Of a stretch of 64,000 nt of DNA, positions 13,046 to 23,209 are shown in pieces. The notes beneath the pieces were generated by a model. It saw nothing but the letters and a program-made list of their open reading frames with translations. It was not told where the DNA came from and made no database searches. Source of the stretch: an uncultured Gemmatimonadales bacterium (GTDB taxonomy: Bacteria; Gemmatimonadota; Gemmatimonadetes; Gemmatimonadales; GWC2-71-9). The position numbers were made by a program, and so were the translations under genes. Each line of letters opens with the position of its first letter. The stretch's first letter is position 1. Location: NCBI GenBank assembly GCA_963833905.1, contig CAWHZQ010000003.1, positions 147,509-211,508 of the forward strand, in the 5' to 3' direction.

Positions 13046-14194
13046 GATCGGTGTGGCGCTGGCCCTTGCCAGCGCGCCCGGTCTCCACGCCGTGCAGAGC
13101 CACGCCCCGCGCAAGGCAACCCCGCCCCCACCACCATCGTCGCCGGCCGCGTCGTCCTGCCCCGCGACGCGGACACCGTCCCGGTGCCCGGCGCCCGCGT
13201 GGTGCTCCACCGGGTCGGCCGCGACAGGCAGGGCCCGCTCGACTCCGCGATGGCCGACGCGTCGGGCCGCTTCCGTTTCCGCTTCCGGGCCGACACCGCG
13301 GCGATCTACCTGCTGAGCGCGCGCTGGGGCGACGTCGAGTACTTCTCTCCGCCGGTCCACACCAATCCCGCGCGGCCCGACACCGCGATGCGGCGTCGTC
13401 GTCTACGATACGTCCTCGACCGCGCCGATCGGGGTGGAGGCGCGCCACATCGTCGTGCCGCGCGCGGGGGCGGACGGGACCCGGTCGGTGCTCGACCTGA
13501 TCGTGCTCCGGAACGACGGCCGCGTGGCGCGCGTGGCGCCCGATTCCTCGCGGCCCTCCTGGCGCCTCGTGCTGCCACCCGGCGCCGGCGACATGCAGGT
13601 GGGCGAGAGCGACCTCTCGCCCGACGCCATCGTGCGCGAGGGCGACACGGTCAATGTGCTGGCGCCGCTCGCACCGGGGCAGAAGCAGCTCTCGCTCGAG
13701 TACAGCGTCACGCCGGTCCGGGGGAGGCTCGAGTTCCCCGTCGGATCGGGCGGCCCGGTCAACCTCCTCGTGGAGGAGCGGAACGCGCGCGTGAGCGGCG
13801 GCACGCTCGCACTGGCCGACAGTCAGGTCATCGAGGGGCGGAGCTTCCGGCGCTACACGGGAAACGTCCCGGCGGGCGGGAGCGTCGTGCTCGCCGTCGG
13901 CGCCGCCGGCGCGGCCGCTGTCACCCGCCTCGCCCTGCCGGTGCTGGTGGGCGCCGTGGCGGTGATGCTGGCCGCGGCCGCGTGGTGGCTGCTCGGCCGC
14001 CCGTCCCGGCGGGCATCCGCGCTCCAGCCCGAGCAGCTGCTCGATGCCATCGCCGCGCTCGACGCGCACTATGCGGGACGCGAGGCCGAGACCGCCGCCG
14101 ACGAGTGGGCGCGCTACGCGAGCGGAGCGGGCGCGGCTCAAGACGGAGCTTGAAGCGCGCTCTTGCGGCACGCGGCCGGTCCCCATACTCTTGA
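13041..14194 (+). CDS. Secreted/membrane-anchored protein with a CarboxypepD_reg-like domain and a C-terminal TM helix; at least 4 frame breaks; ends uncertain
   Basis: The N-terminus VTIGVALALASAPGLHA looks like a signal peptide. IVAGRVVLP..PGARVVLHRVG..ADASGRFRF resembles CarboxypepD_reg. The TM helix is LALPVLVGAVAVMLAAAAWWLL. Breaks lie near 13105, 13395 and 14130-14160. Confidence 0.45.
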
Positions 14195-14216
14195 GCCGCA
14201 AGGCACAATCGAAATA

Positions 14217-14374
14217 CGCGAATGGGGACGCTCGGAAACCGGTGCAATACCGGTGCGGCCCCGCCACTGTTACGGGCACGGCCTCTCAGGAGGACCGAAC
14301 TCTTCGCTCATGACGCCACTGGGTAACCGGGAAGGCGAGCGAAGGCCCGAAGCCAGGAGACCTCTCCGTTCGCG
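14217..14374 (+). promoter_or_regulatory. Cobalamin (B12) riboswitch aptamer
   Basis: P1 pairs CGCGAATGG 14217-25 with CCGTTCGCG 14366-74. The core reads GGAAACCGGTGCAATACCGGTGCGGCCCCGCCACTGTTACGG. GCCACTGGG..GGGAAGGC is also present. The B12 box GAAGCCAGGAGACC is at 14349-62. Confidence 0.85.
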
Positions 14375-14407
14375 CCACCAGTAATACCCTCGGGGGAGGG
14401 TTGGTGG
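14375..14407 (+). promoter_or_regulatory. Riboswitch expression platform (SD-sequestering hairpin)
   Basis: CCACCA 14375-80 pairs with TGGTGG 14402-07, and CCCTC 14387-91 pairs with GAGGG 14396-400. This buries the only strong SD (GGAGG) and the candidate starts TTG 14401 and GTG 14404. Confidence 0.5.
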
Positions 14408-14425
14408 CGTTGTCGACCGCGTCAG

Positions 14426-15379
14426 TTGCCGTCGCGCACCGCCTGTCTTCGACCCCGGGGATGGGCGGTTTCCATTTCCGGCATCCTGGCTCGATTCGGC
14501 GCGCTCGCGGCACTGCTGCTCTGGCAGGCCGCCTGCCGGCCGGCCGCGTCTCCGGCGGCCGGCACCCGCATCGTGGACGACGCGGGCGACACGGTCGTGG
14601 TCTCCGCGGCCGCGCGTCGCGTCGTCTCGCTCATTCCCGCCACGACCGAGCTGCTCTTCGCCATCGGCGCCGGTCCCGCCGTCGTCGGCCGCACCGCCTG
14701 GTGCGACTATCCGGCCGCCGCCGCCAGGGTGCCCGAACCTGGGCGACGGCATCGCGCCCAACGTCGAAGCCGTCCTCGCGAGCCGCCCCGACCTCGTCAT
14801 CCTGTACAACTCCGCGCAGAATGCCGATATCGCCGCTCGCCTGCGCCGGCTCGGCATCGCGGCGCTCCGCCTCAACACCGATTCCCTTGGTGATGTCGAC
14901 CGCGTCGGCCGGCTCCTCGGCCGCCTGACCGGCCACGCTGCGCGCCGCGGACTCGGTGGCGGCGGTGTTCGACACCGCGCTCGCGGCGGCGACGAGCGCC
15001 GGCGCCACCGCGCCGGCCCAAGGTGTTGCTGCTCGTCTGGGAGCAGCCCCCGATGACGATCGGTCGCGGGAGCTTCCTGAGCGAGCTGGTCGAGCGCGCG
15101 GGCGGGCGCAATCTCTTTGCGGACGTCACGTCGAGCGCGGGGACCGTGAGCATCGAGGCGGTCGCGTCGCGAGATCCGGACCTGATCCTCACGACCACCG
15201 CGGGCCCGGTGGGCTTCGCCGAGCGGCCCGAGTGGCGGACGGTCCGCGCCGTCCGCGAGCGGCGCTTCCTGCCGGTCAGCGGCTCGGAGTTCAACCGGCC
15301 CAGCCCTCGAGCGCCGGCCGCCATTCGTGAGCTCGCGCGCCTGCTGCGGGAGCGCGCCCTGATGCGGAAGCCCGCCTGA
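14426..15379 (+). CDS. Periplasmic cobalamin/siderophore-type substrate-binding protein (BtuF-like), with at least 3 frame breaks; start ambiguous
   Basis: The N-terminus LARFGALAALLLWQAAC looks like a lipoprotein signal. Motifs: VVSLIPATTELLFAIGAG, VVGRTAWCDYP, VLLLVWEQPPMTIGRGSFLSELV. Breaks lie near 14735, 14945 and 15020. Candidate starts are GTG 14404, TTG 14426 and ATG 14461. Confidence 0.7.
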
Positions 15380-16350
15380 TGCGCGTGGGTCTCTTCCTCC
15401 TCCCGGTGGCCGTCGGCCTCTGCCTGCTGGTGGGCCTGGCCGCGGGCACGGTCCCGCTCTCGCCGGCCGAGGTGTGGCACGGCCTCTGGCGGGCGAACGC
15501 GAGCGCGTCGGTCATCGTGCGCGACCTCCGCGCGCCGCGCGTGCTCCTCGCGTTCTTCGTCGGCGGGAGCCTCGCGGTGTGCGGCGCGGCGCTTCAGGCG
15601 ATGATCCGGAATCCGCTGGCGGAGCCATACCTGCTCGGACTCTCCGGCGGTGCGGGGCTCGGCGCCGTGATCGCCATCGCTACCCGGGCGACGGGGCCGT
15701 GGGCCGTGCCGGTGGCCGCCTTCCTCGGTGCCTCCGCCGCCGTGGCGCTGGTCTACCGGCTGAGCCTCGTGGCCGGCCGGCGACTGGATCCGCGCGTGCT
15801 GCTGCTCTCGGGCGTCGTGGTGGGCTCGTTCGCCGGCGCACTCATGAGCGCCATCATGGTGCTGTCGCCCGCGGCCGGCATCCGGAACGCCTTCCTCTGG
15901 CTGCTCGGCGGGTTCGGCTCGGCGTCCTGGCAGTCGCTCGGCGTGTTCCTCGCCTACGCCGTCCTTCCGCTCGGCGTCATCGGCCTGAGTGCCAGGAGCC
16001 TCGACCTGCTGGCCCTCGGTGAGGAGCCGGCCCATCACCTGGGCGCGGATGTTCACCGCACGCGCCGCATGGTCTACCTCTGCACCGCGCTGCTCACGGC
16101 GGCGAGCGTTGCCACCTGCGGCATCATCGGGTTCGTCGGGTTGGTCGTCCCGCACGCCGTCCGCACCGTCGCCCGCCCGCTGCACCGCTCACTGCTGCCG
16201 CTGGTCTTCGTGGTCGGCGGGTCGTTCCTGGTGCTGTCCGACGTCGTCGCCCGCACGGTGGTGCGGCCGCTGGAGCTGCCGGTCGGCGTCATCACCGCGC
16301 TCGTGGGCGTGCCGCTCTTCGCCCTGCTGCTTCGGAGGACGCTCGCGTGA
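15379..16350 (+). CDS. FecCD-family ABC permease (BtuC-like)
   Basis: The 323-aa ORF is intact and polytopic, with a FecCD-type sequence (LLGLSGGAGLGAV...). An ATGA overlap links it to the upstream gene. Confidence 0.85.
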   Translation: MRVGLFLLPVAVGLCLLVGLAAGTVPLSPAEVWHGLWRANASASVIVRDLRAPRVLLAFFVGGSLAVCGAALQAMIRNPLAEPYLLGLSGGAGLGAVIAIATRATGPWAVPVAAFLGASAAVALVYRLSLVAGRRLDPRVLLLSGVVVGSFAGALMSAIMVLSPAAGIRNAFLWLLGGFGSASWQSLGVFLAYAVLPLGVIGLSARSLDLLALGEEPAHHLGADVHRTRRMVYLCTALLTAASVATCGIIGFVGLVVPHAVRTVARPLHRSLLPLVFVVGGSFLVLSDVVARTVVRPLELPVGVITALVGVPLFALLLRRTLA

Positions 16351-17168
16351 TCCTCGAGGCGGAGAGCCTCACCGTGCGCTACCCGGCCACCGCGCGCCCC
16401 GCGCTCGACGGCGTGAGCTGCCGGGTGGGCGCGAACGAGCTCGTGGCCGTGGCCGGGCCCAACGGCAGCGGCAAGACCACGCTGGTCCGGGCGCTGTCGG
16501 GGCTGGTGCAGCCGGAGCACGGCGTGGTGCGCGTGCAGGCGCGGCCGCTGGCGGAGTGGGGACGGTCCGAGCTGGCCCGGGTCCTCGCGGTGGTGCCTCA
16601 GCGCGAGGAGATCGTGTTCCCGCTCCGGGTGGATGAAGCCGTCATGCTCGGTCGCTACGCGCGGCTCGGCTCGTTCGCGGCGCCGGGCGCGGCCGATCGG
16701 GCGGCGGTGCGGTCCGCCCTCGAGCGCTGCGACGCGGACACGCTCGCCGCGCGCTCGATCGACGCGCTCTCCGGCGGCGAGTGGCAGCGGGTCCGTCTGG
16801 CCCGCGCGCTGGCCCAGGAGCCGGCCGTCCTGGTGCTCGACGAGCCGACGGCATCGCTCGACGTGCGGCACGAGATGGAGCTGCTCGAGCTGATTCGGCG
16901 CCTGGTCGACCAGGGCCTCGCCGGTCTCGTGATCACCCACGAGCTCAACCTCGCCGCGCGCTACGCTGACCGAATCCTCCTGCTGAGCGAAGGCCGGGTC
17001 GTCGCCGAGGGCACGCCGCGGGAGGTGCTCGTGGAGGCGACGCTCAGCCGCGTCTTCGAGTGGCCGGTGGCGGTGACCACCTGGTCCGACGGGTCGCCGC
17101 AGGTGGTGCCGCTCCGACCGGGGGAGCGACAGGGGGTGCCCCTCCGGCCGGGAGAGCGACTCCCGTGA
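16347..17168 (+). CDS. ABC transporter ATP-binding protein (BtuD/FhuC-like)
   Basis: The 273-aa ORF is intact. It has Walker A GPNGSGKTTL, signature LSGGEWQRV and Walker B VLVLDEPT. Confidence 0.85.
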   Translation: MILEAESLTVRYPATARPALDGVSCRVGANELVAVAGPNGSGKTTLVRALSGLVQPEHGVVRVQARPLAEWGRSELARVLAVVPQREEIVFPLRVDEAVMLGRYARLGSFAAPGAADRAAVRSALERCDADTLAARSIDALSGGEWQRVRLARALAQEPAVLVLDEPTASLDVRHEMELLELIRRLVDQGLAGLVITHELNLAARYADRILLLSEGRVVAEGTPREVLVEATLSRVFEWPVAVTTWSDGSPQVVPLRPGERQGVPLRPGERLP

Positions 17169-17192
17169 GCCGATCCGTTTTGGCGGTTGGTT

Positions 17193-17295
17193 TTCACCAC
17201 AGAGGCACAGAGGGCACAGAGACGTGCCGAGGCCGGGGTGAGCAGCAACAACACCTTCTTGCTGTTCTCTGTGCCCTCTGTGCCTCTGTGGTGAA
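17193..17295. repeat. REP-like palindromic element, family B (copy B2, CACAGAGG units)
   Basis: TTCACCACAGAGGCACAGAGGGCACAGAGA and its exact reverse complement flank a 42-nt loop containing AGCAACAACAC. It lies 25 nt after the btuD-like stop and ends 5 nt before receptor ATG 17300. Confidence 0.9.
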
Positions 17296-17299
17296 TCTG

Positions 17300-19394
17300 A
17301 TGCCCGTAAGCCACCGGCGTCTCGCCAGGCGAGTCGGGACGCCGCCAGCCGCATCTCACGCCCTGCTGGCGTTGCTGATTGGGTTCCTCGCCGCGCTTGT
17401 TCCCGCGCACGCGGCCGCACAGGGCCCCGCTCGCCTGCTCGGCCGCGTGGTTGACCTGATCACCCGGCAGCCGGTGGCGGGCGCCGAGATCCGCGCCGGC
17501 GAGCAGCAGGCGATCACCGGAAACGATGGGAGCTTCGTTCTCGGCAACGTCCCGCCGGGCCGGGTCGAGCTGCGGGTGCGGCGGATCGGCTACGCGCCCG
17601 CGCGGGAGGTGCTCGAGCTGTTGCCGGGCCTCGAGCGCCACGTGGGCGTGGCGCTCGAGCCGCTCCCGGTCCGGCTCGACAGTCTCACCGCCACGGCGGC
17701 CCCGGGAGGGATCGCGATCGCCGGGGCCGAGCTCGAGCGCCGGGGCGGTGATCTCGCGCGCGCGCTCGACGGATGGGAAGGCGTGGCCGTCCGGCGCGCC
17801 GGCAATGGGCCGGCCGCTCCTCAGGTGCGTGGCAGCGGGCCGGACGAGGTGCTCGTGCTGGTCGACGGGTTTCCGGTCAACGATCCGCTCACCGGGCGCG
17901 CCGACCTCAGCCGCATCTCGAGCCGGGAGGTCGAAGCCGTCACCCTTCTTCCCGGCGCCCAGACCGTCCGCGCCGGCAACCGCGCGGTCGGCGGCGTCCT
18001 CATGGTCGAGACCCGGCGCGATGTCCGTCCCGAGGGCTCCACCTGGACCGGCAGCCATGGCGCGCTCGGGCTCCGGCTCGGCGGTTCGACCGGGGCGCTC
18101 ACGGCCAGCGCGTCGGCGGAGCGACAGGGGGCCGATTTCGCCTACACCGTGCCCGAGGTGCGCGGTGGCGGCGAGAGCGTGCGCCGGAACGCCGGCGGCG
18201 AGCAGTGGGCCGCGGGTATTACCCTCGCCGGACCGGTCGAGGTGGTGTTGCGGGGCAGTCTCTCGGACCGCGGCCTTCCGGGGACCACTACCAATCCGAC
18301 CCTTCATGCACGCGCCCAGGATCGCTCGGTGCTGTTGGGTGCACGGACCTCGGGACGGCTCTATTCGAGCGCATCCCTGCAGTGGCTCGAGACGCGCGCG
18401 ACCGATCCGGCGCCGCCCATTGGCGCGGCCTACGACGCCTACACCCACGGCGTCGGCGGCACGGCTGAGCTCGGCTACCGGGTGCCGCTGTCGGTCGCCG
18501 GATGGCGGGGCAGCGCGGCCGTCGCCGGGGAGGGCAGGGGCAACCGCTTCGCGGGCGACGGCATCCGCGCCGATGCCTCGTTCTCGCAGGCCGCCATCAA
18601 GCTCGATGCTCGCTTCGCGCCCGCCGCGCGCGTCGCCCTGGTCGGTGGCGCCGGCAGCCCGGCTCGACGTCTGGACCGGCTCGACCACACCGCGCGTGAG
18701 CGCCCGGATCGACGCGGGCTGGCAGCGCGGCGGCACCGCGTTGACGCTCGCCGTCGGCAGCGCGGTGACGCCGCCGGTGCTGGCCGATCTGTTCTTCCGG
18801 GAAGGCGTCGGCGTCCGGCTCAATCCCGATCTCCGGCCCGAGCGGGTCCGTTGGGAGGTGGAGGCGGGCCTTCGCCGCGAGCTCGGCGGCGGCTCGACGG
18901 TCGGCATCCGCGGCTTCGTCGGCCAGGTGGCGGACATGATCATCTGGGCGCCGGATTTCCGCTTCATCTGGAGCCCGCGGAACTTCGACGTGGTGCGGCG
19001 CGGCGGCGAGCTTTCGGTCGGCTGGCGCGCGCGCGCCAACCTTCGCGCCAGCGGCAGCGCGACGTACAGCGCCGTCACCTACGACATCCCCGGTGGCGCC
19101 CAGGTGCTCTATCGGCCTCGCGTCACCTACGACGCCTCCGTGGTCTGGTCGCCGGGGCCGTGGACCGCCGACCTGCGCTGGCACCGGATCGGCCGGCGCT
19201 TTCCCAACAGCGCGGGCACCAACCCGCGCCCGGCCTTCTCGCTCCTGGACGTCGGACTCGAGCGCCGGCTCGGCGCGGGCCTCGGGCTCCGCGGCGAGGT
19301 TCGCGATCTCACCGACCGGCGGGCCGAGTTTCTCGCCGCCTATCCGACGCCCGGACGAAGCGTCCTCCTCACTCTCACCCTGGTGGTTCCATGA
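17300..19394 (+). CDS. TonB-dependent outer-membrane receptor with an N-terminal CarboxypepD_reg domain (BtuB-like by context), with one frame break near 18660
   Basis: Signal peptide LIGFLAALVPAHAAAQ, then RLLGRVVDLITRQPVAGAEI..GNDGSF. The plug reads VRGSGPDEVLVLVDGFPVNDP. The barrel continues in the frame of ORF 17526..19394. It lies downstream of the B12 riboswitch. Confidence 0.8.
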
Positions 19395-20461
19395 TGCGCA
19401 GGCACTCGTTCGCCGCCCTGGCCGTCACCGCGCTGGCCGTCACCGGCCTGGCACTGGGCTGCTCCGACACGAACGCACCGCTTCCCGATCCGGAGGAGGT
19501 CCTGCTGGCGGTGAACAGCACCGCCAACACGCTCAGCATCGTTCCAGTCGAGGCGCCGAGCTCGGCCGTGACGGTGCCGCTCGGCGGCACGACGCCCACG
19601 CCCACGGGCGTGTCCGCGCGCGAGGGCGTGGCCATCGTGCCGCTCGGCCTCGACAACGCGGTGGCCGTGGTGGACCTTCGCACCGCCACCGTGATGCGCA
19701 CGATTCCCCTGCCCGAGAACTCGGGCGCGACCGGGTCGGCGATCGTGGACGACTCGATCGCCTACGTGGGGAATCCGAACATCAACACCGTCTCCCGGAT
19801 CAACTACCTCACCGGTGCCACGTCCGAGGTGCCCGCCGGCGTTTACCCGTCGGGACTGATCTTCACCCGAGGCAAGGTGTTCGTGATCAACGCCAACCTC
19901 GACGACGACGTTCAGTCCGGCCGGGCCGAGCTGGCTCACGGTCATCGACCCGGCCATCAACGCGGGTGGCGCCGGGCGTCGACTCGATCGCGCTCACCGG
20001 CGAAGGCAACGCCGCGTTCGCGGCGGTGGGCTCCGACGGCCTGCTCTACGTCATGAGCACCGGCGACTATTTCTCCGGCGAAGGACGGCTCTCGGTGGTC
20101 GATCCCCTGGCTCGCACCGAGGTGGCCAGCTTTGCCGGCTTCGGTACCGGCCCCGGCAACGTGGCGGCGGACGCGGACGCCCGGATCTTCGTGAGCTCGT
20201 ACAGCCAGGGCGTGATGGAGTTCAATCTCGACAGCAACAAGGTCGTCCGCGGGGCGGGGCACGGGCGTCGCCATCCCGAGTCGAACGCCACGGTCGCCGT
20301 GGACAGCAAGGGCCGCGTGTACGGAATCGAGACCGGCCCCTGCTCGGGCGGCCAGGTGGGAACGGCTCACGTGCTGGACGCGAAGCTCGAGGAGACCGGT
20401 ACCATCGCGCTGGGCGAATGCCCGGTCGGGCTCGGCCGTCGTGCAGATTCCGCCGGAGTGA
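19391..20461 (+). CDS. Lipoprotein, YncE/YVTN-type beta-propeller, with about 3 frame breaks
   Basis: ATG 19391 forms an ATGA overlap with the receptor stop. MMRRHSFAALAVTALAVTGLALGC contains a lipobox. Repeated blade-like motifs include AVVDLRTATVMRTIPL, YVGNPNINTVSRI and LLYVMSTG. Breaks lie near 19925, 19965 and 20430. The likely stop is TGA 20459-61. Confidence 0.6.
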
Positions 20462-20503
20462 AGCGACGCGGCGGGCGTGCCGGCGGGGTGTAGATTTCAG
20501 CGC

Positions 20504-21266
20504 ATGGCCCTGGTCATCACCCCGGCGATCGTCCTGTCGGCACTTCGCTACAGTGAGACGTCGAAGATCGTCCGACTCGCCACCCGGGAGCACGGCGTCC
20601 AGAGCGCCATCGCGAAGGGCGCGCTCCGGCCGAAGAGCCGCTTCGGCGCCGCCCTCCAGCTCCTGAGCGAGGGTCAGGCCCAGTACCTCGCCAAGGAGCA
20701 CCGCGAGCTGCACGTGCTCACGGCGTTCGACCTCCAGCACCTCCCCGTGGGCCTGACCGCCGACGTGGGGCGCTACGCCACCGCCTCCGCGCTCGCCGAG
20801 GTCATGATCCACTTCGCGCCGGCCGACCAGCACCCCGAGAGCTACGACGTGTTTCGGAACGCACTCCATGCCCTCGAGGAGGCGCCGCTGGTTGAGGTGG
20901 AGGCGCTCGGCTTCCGGACCCTCTGGCACCTCGTGAGCGTGCTCGGCTTCGCGCCGTCGCTCGATGCGTGCGTGCGGGACGGGACGCTGCTGCCCGAGGA
21001 CGGCGCCCTCCCGTTCAGTACCCGCGAAGGCGGCGCGCTCTGCCCGGCCTGCGCCGCCCAGCACGGGGCCACGCAGCTCCCGGCCGAGGCGCGCGCCGAT
21101 CTCGTGGCGCTGCTCGATCCGGACGCGGCGCTGCCGGCGCTCGACGAGCGTCATGGCGCCGCGCACCGGAGGCTCCTCGCCCGCTACGTGCGCTATCACC
21201 TGGCCGAGGGGGCGGAGCTTCCCGGCCTCGAGTTCTGGCTTCGCCGGCCCGTGGGTGGCGGCATGA
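20504..21266 (+). CDS. recO: DNA repair protein RecO, with an inferred frame break near 21250
   Basis: It opens MALVITPAIVLSALRYSETSKIVRLATREHG and contains GGALCPACA. It runs in frame into selB. Dropping one C of CCC 21248-50 gives ...RRPWVAA followed by TGA 21264-66, which overlaps the selB ATG. Confidence 0.8.
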
Positions 21267-23107
21267 TCGTCGGAACGGCGGGACACATCGACCACGGGAA
21301 GTCCGCGCTCGTCGCGGCGTTGAGCGGCCGACCGATGGACCGGCTCGCCGAGGAGCGGCGGCGCGGGATCACGATCGATCTCAACTTCGCGCCGCTCGCG
21401 CTGCCGGGTGGTGCGATCGCGGGAATGGTCGACGTGCCCGGCCACGAGGACTTCGTGCGTACGATGGTGGCGGGCGCCTCGGGGATCGACCTGGCGCTGC
21501 TGGTCGTCGCCGCGGACGAGGGGATCATGCCCCAGACGCTCGAGCACCTCGCGGTGCTCGAGCACCTGGGCATCGCGGCCGGCATCCCCGTCGTCACCAA
21601 GGCCGACCTGGTGGAGCCCGAGTGGCTCGACCTCGTGCTGCTGGAGGTGGCGGAGCGGCTGGCCGGGTCGAGCGTGTCGTTCGAGGCCCCGGTCGCCACG
21701 TCGGTCCGAACCGGGCGAGGGCTCGACGAGCTCAGGGCGCGCCTGGCCGCGCGCGCGGCAACGCTCGAGCCCCGGAGCGGGGCCGACCTCTTTCGCCTGC
21801 CGGTGGACCGGTCGTTCTCGCTGGCCGGCGTGGGCACGGTGGTCACGGGCACGGCGTGGTCCGGACGGCTCCGGATCGGCGACGCCGTGACGGCTGCTGC
21901 CGTCGGGCCGGCCGGGCCGCGTGCGCTCCATCGAGAGCTACGGCCGGACGCTGGAGCAGAGCGAGCCGGGCGCCCGCACCGCCCTCGGGCTCGCGGGGCT
22001 CACGCGCGACGACGCCCATCGGGGCAGCTGGCTCGTTGCCGCGGACGCGGCCTGGCCGCCGTCGGAGGCGCTCGACGTGGAGCTGGCGCTCCAGCCGGAC
22101 GCGCCGCGGCCGCTCGTGAGCCGGAGCCGGGTCCGCGTCCACCTCGGCACGGCGGAAGTGATGGCGCGGGTGCAGCCGCGTGGCCCGATCGAGCCGGGCA
22201 GTCGCGGCCTCGCGCGACTGGTGCTCGAGCGCCCGATGGTGGCGCGCGGAGGCGACCGGTTCGTCGTGCGGAGCTACAGTCCCGGTCACCACGATCGGCG
22301 GCGGGCGGGTTCTGGATCCCGAGCCGCCACGCCGGCGCGCCGCGTGGCCGTCGGCCCTTGGCGGACCGGTCGCCGGCGGAGCGCCTGCCGGCGCTGCTCG
22401 AGCGCCGGCCCGCTGGAATCGCGACCGCGGCGCTGCCCGTGCTGCTGGGTCTGCCGCCGGCCGAGGCGGTGGCCGTCGCCCGCGCCCGGACCGACATCCG
22501 CCTGGTGGGCGATCGCTGGGTGCGCGAGGCCACCCTCAGCGAGCTCGGCGCCCGGGCCCTGGCGAGCCTCAAGGCGTACCACCGCGCCCATCCGAGCGAT
22601 CGCGGCATGCCGCTCGAGACGCTGCGCCATGGGCTTCGCGCGCCGGAGGCGCTCGTCGAGCGGGCCCTGGCCGACGCAGCGGCGGCCGGCCGGCTCCGGC
22701 TCGCCGACGGCGTGGCGGTGCAGTCGGGATTCACGCCCCGGGTCGAGGGCGGCGACGCGGAGATCGATCGCGTGGTCCGCATCCTGGAGGAGGCCGAGCT
22801 GAGCCCGCCAAGCCTGGCCGAGCTCGAGCGCCAGACCGGGCGGCGGGACATCGCGGCCATACTCCGGCTGGCGGCCCAGACCGGCCGGGTCGAGGCGGTC
22901 GAGCGGGAGCGCTACTACGCCCGGCCGGCGCTGGAGCGGTTCACCGCCACGCTGGCCGACATCGGCCGCGGTAGCCTCATCGCGCCGGCCGAGATCCGCG
23001 ACCGCCTGGGGATCAGCCGCAAGTTCATGATCCCCTTGCTCGAATGGGCCGACGCCAAGGGCATCACCGAGCGGGTCGGGGACCAGCGGCGGCTCCGAAA
23101 CGCTTGA
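21263..23107 (+). CDS. selB: Selenocysteine-specific elongation factor SelB, with three frame breaks (near 21890, 22285 and 22345)
   Basis: N-terminal motifs: MIVGTAGHIDHGKSALV, DVPGHEDF, TKADL. The C-terminal winged-helix region reads ISRKFMIPLLEWADAKGITERVGDQR. Frames run 2 to 0 to 1 to 2. Confidence 0.85.
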   Translation: MIVGTAGHIDHGKSALVAALSGRPMDRLAEERRRGITIDLNFAPLALPGGAIAGMVDVPGHEDFVRTMVAGASGIDLALLVVAADEGIMPQTLEHLAVLEHLGIAAGIPVVTKADLVEPEWLDLVLLEVAERLAGSSVSFEAPVATSVRTGRGLDELRARLAARAATLEPRSGADLFRLPVDRSFSLAGVGTVVTGTAWSGRLRIGDAVTAAAVGPAGPRALHRELRPDAGAERAGRPHRPRARGAHARRRPSGQLARCRGRGLAAVGGARRGAGAPAGRAAAAREPEPGPRPPRHGGSDGAGAAAWPDRAGQSRPRATGARAPDGGARRRPVRRAELQSRSPRSAAGGFWIPSRHAGAPRGRRPLADRSPAERLPALLERRPAGIATAALPVLLGLPPAEAVAVARARTDIRLVGDRWVREATLSELGARALASLKAYHRAHPSDRGMPLETLRHGLRAPEALVERALADAAAAGRLRLADGVAVQSGFTPRVEGGDAEIDRVVRILEEAELSPPSLAELERQTGRRDIAAILRLAAQTGRVEAVERERYYARPALERFTATLADIGRGSLIAPAEIRDRLGISRKFMIPLLEWADAKGITERVGDQRRLRNA

Positions 23108-23209
23108 CACCTCGCCTTTTGAGCGGCCATCTTCCGCATGCTTACCAGCATCCGTTCGTTTTCTGTGGAGGTGCCCACCGTTCGACACTTTGTCAGATGA
23201 GGTACGCCC

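Noticed and set aside
20477-23107. An apparent 876-aa RecO-SelB fusion protein.
   Set aside because: Removing one C from CCC 21248-50 restores a RecO stop (TGA 21264-66) overlapping the SelB ATG 21263. That is the same ATGA junction style used throughout the window, so this is an indel artefact rather than a fusion.
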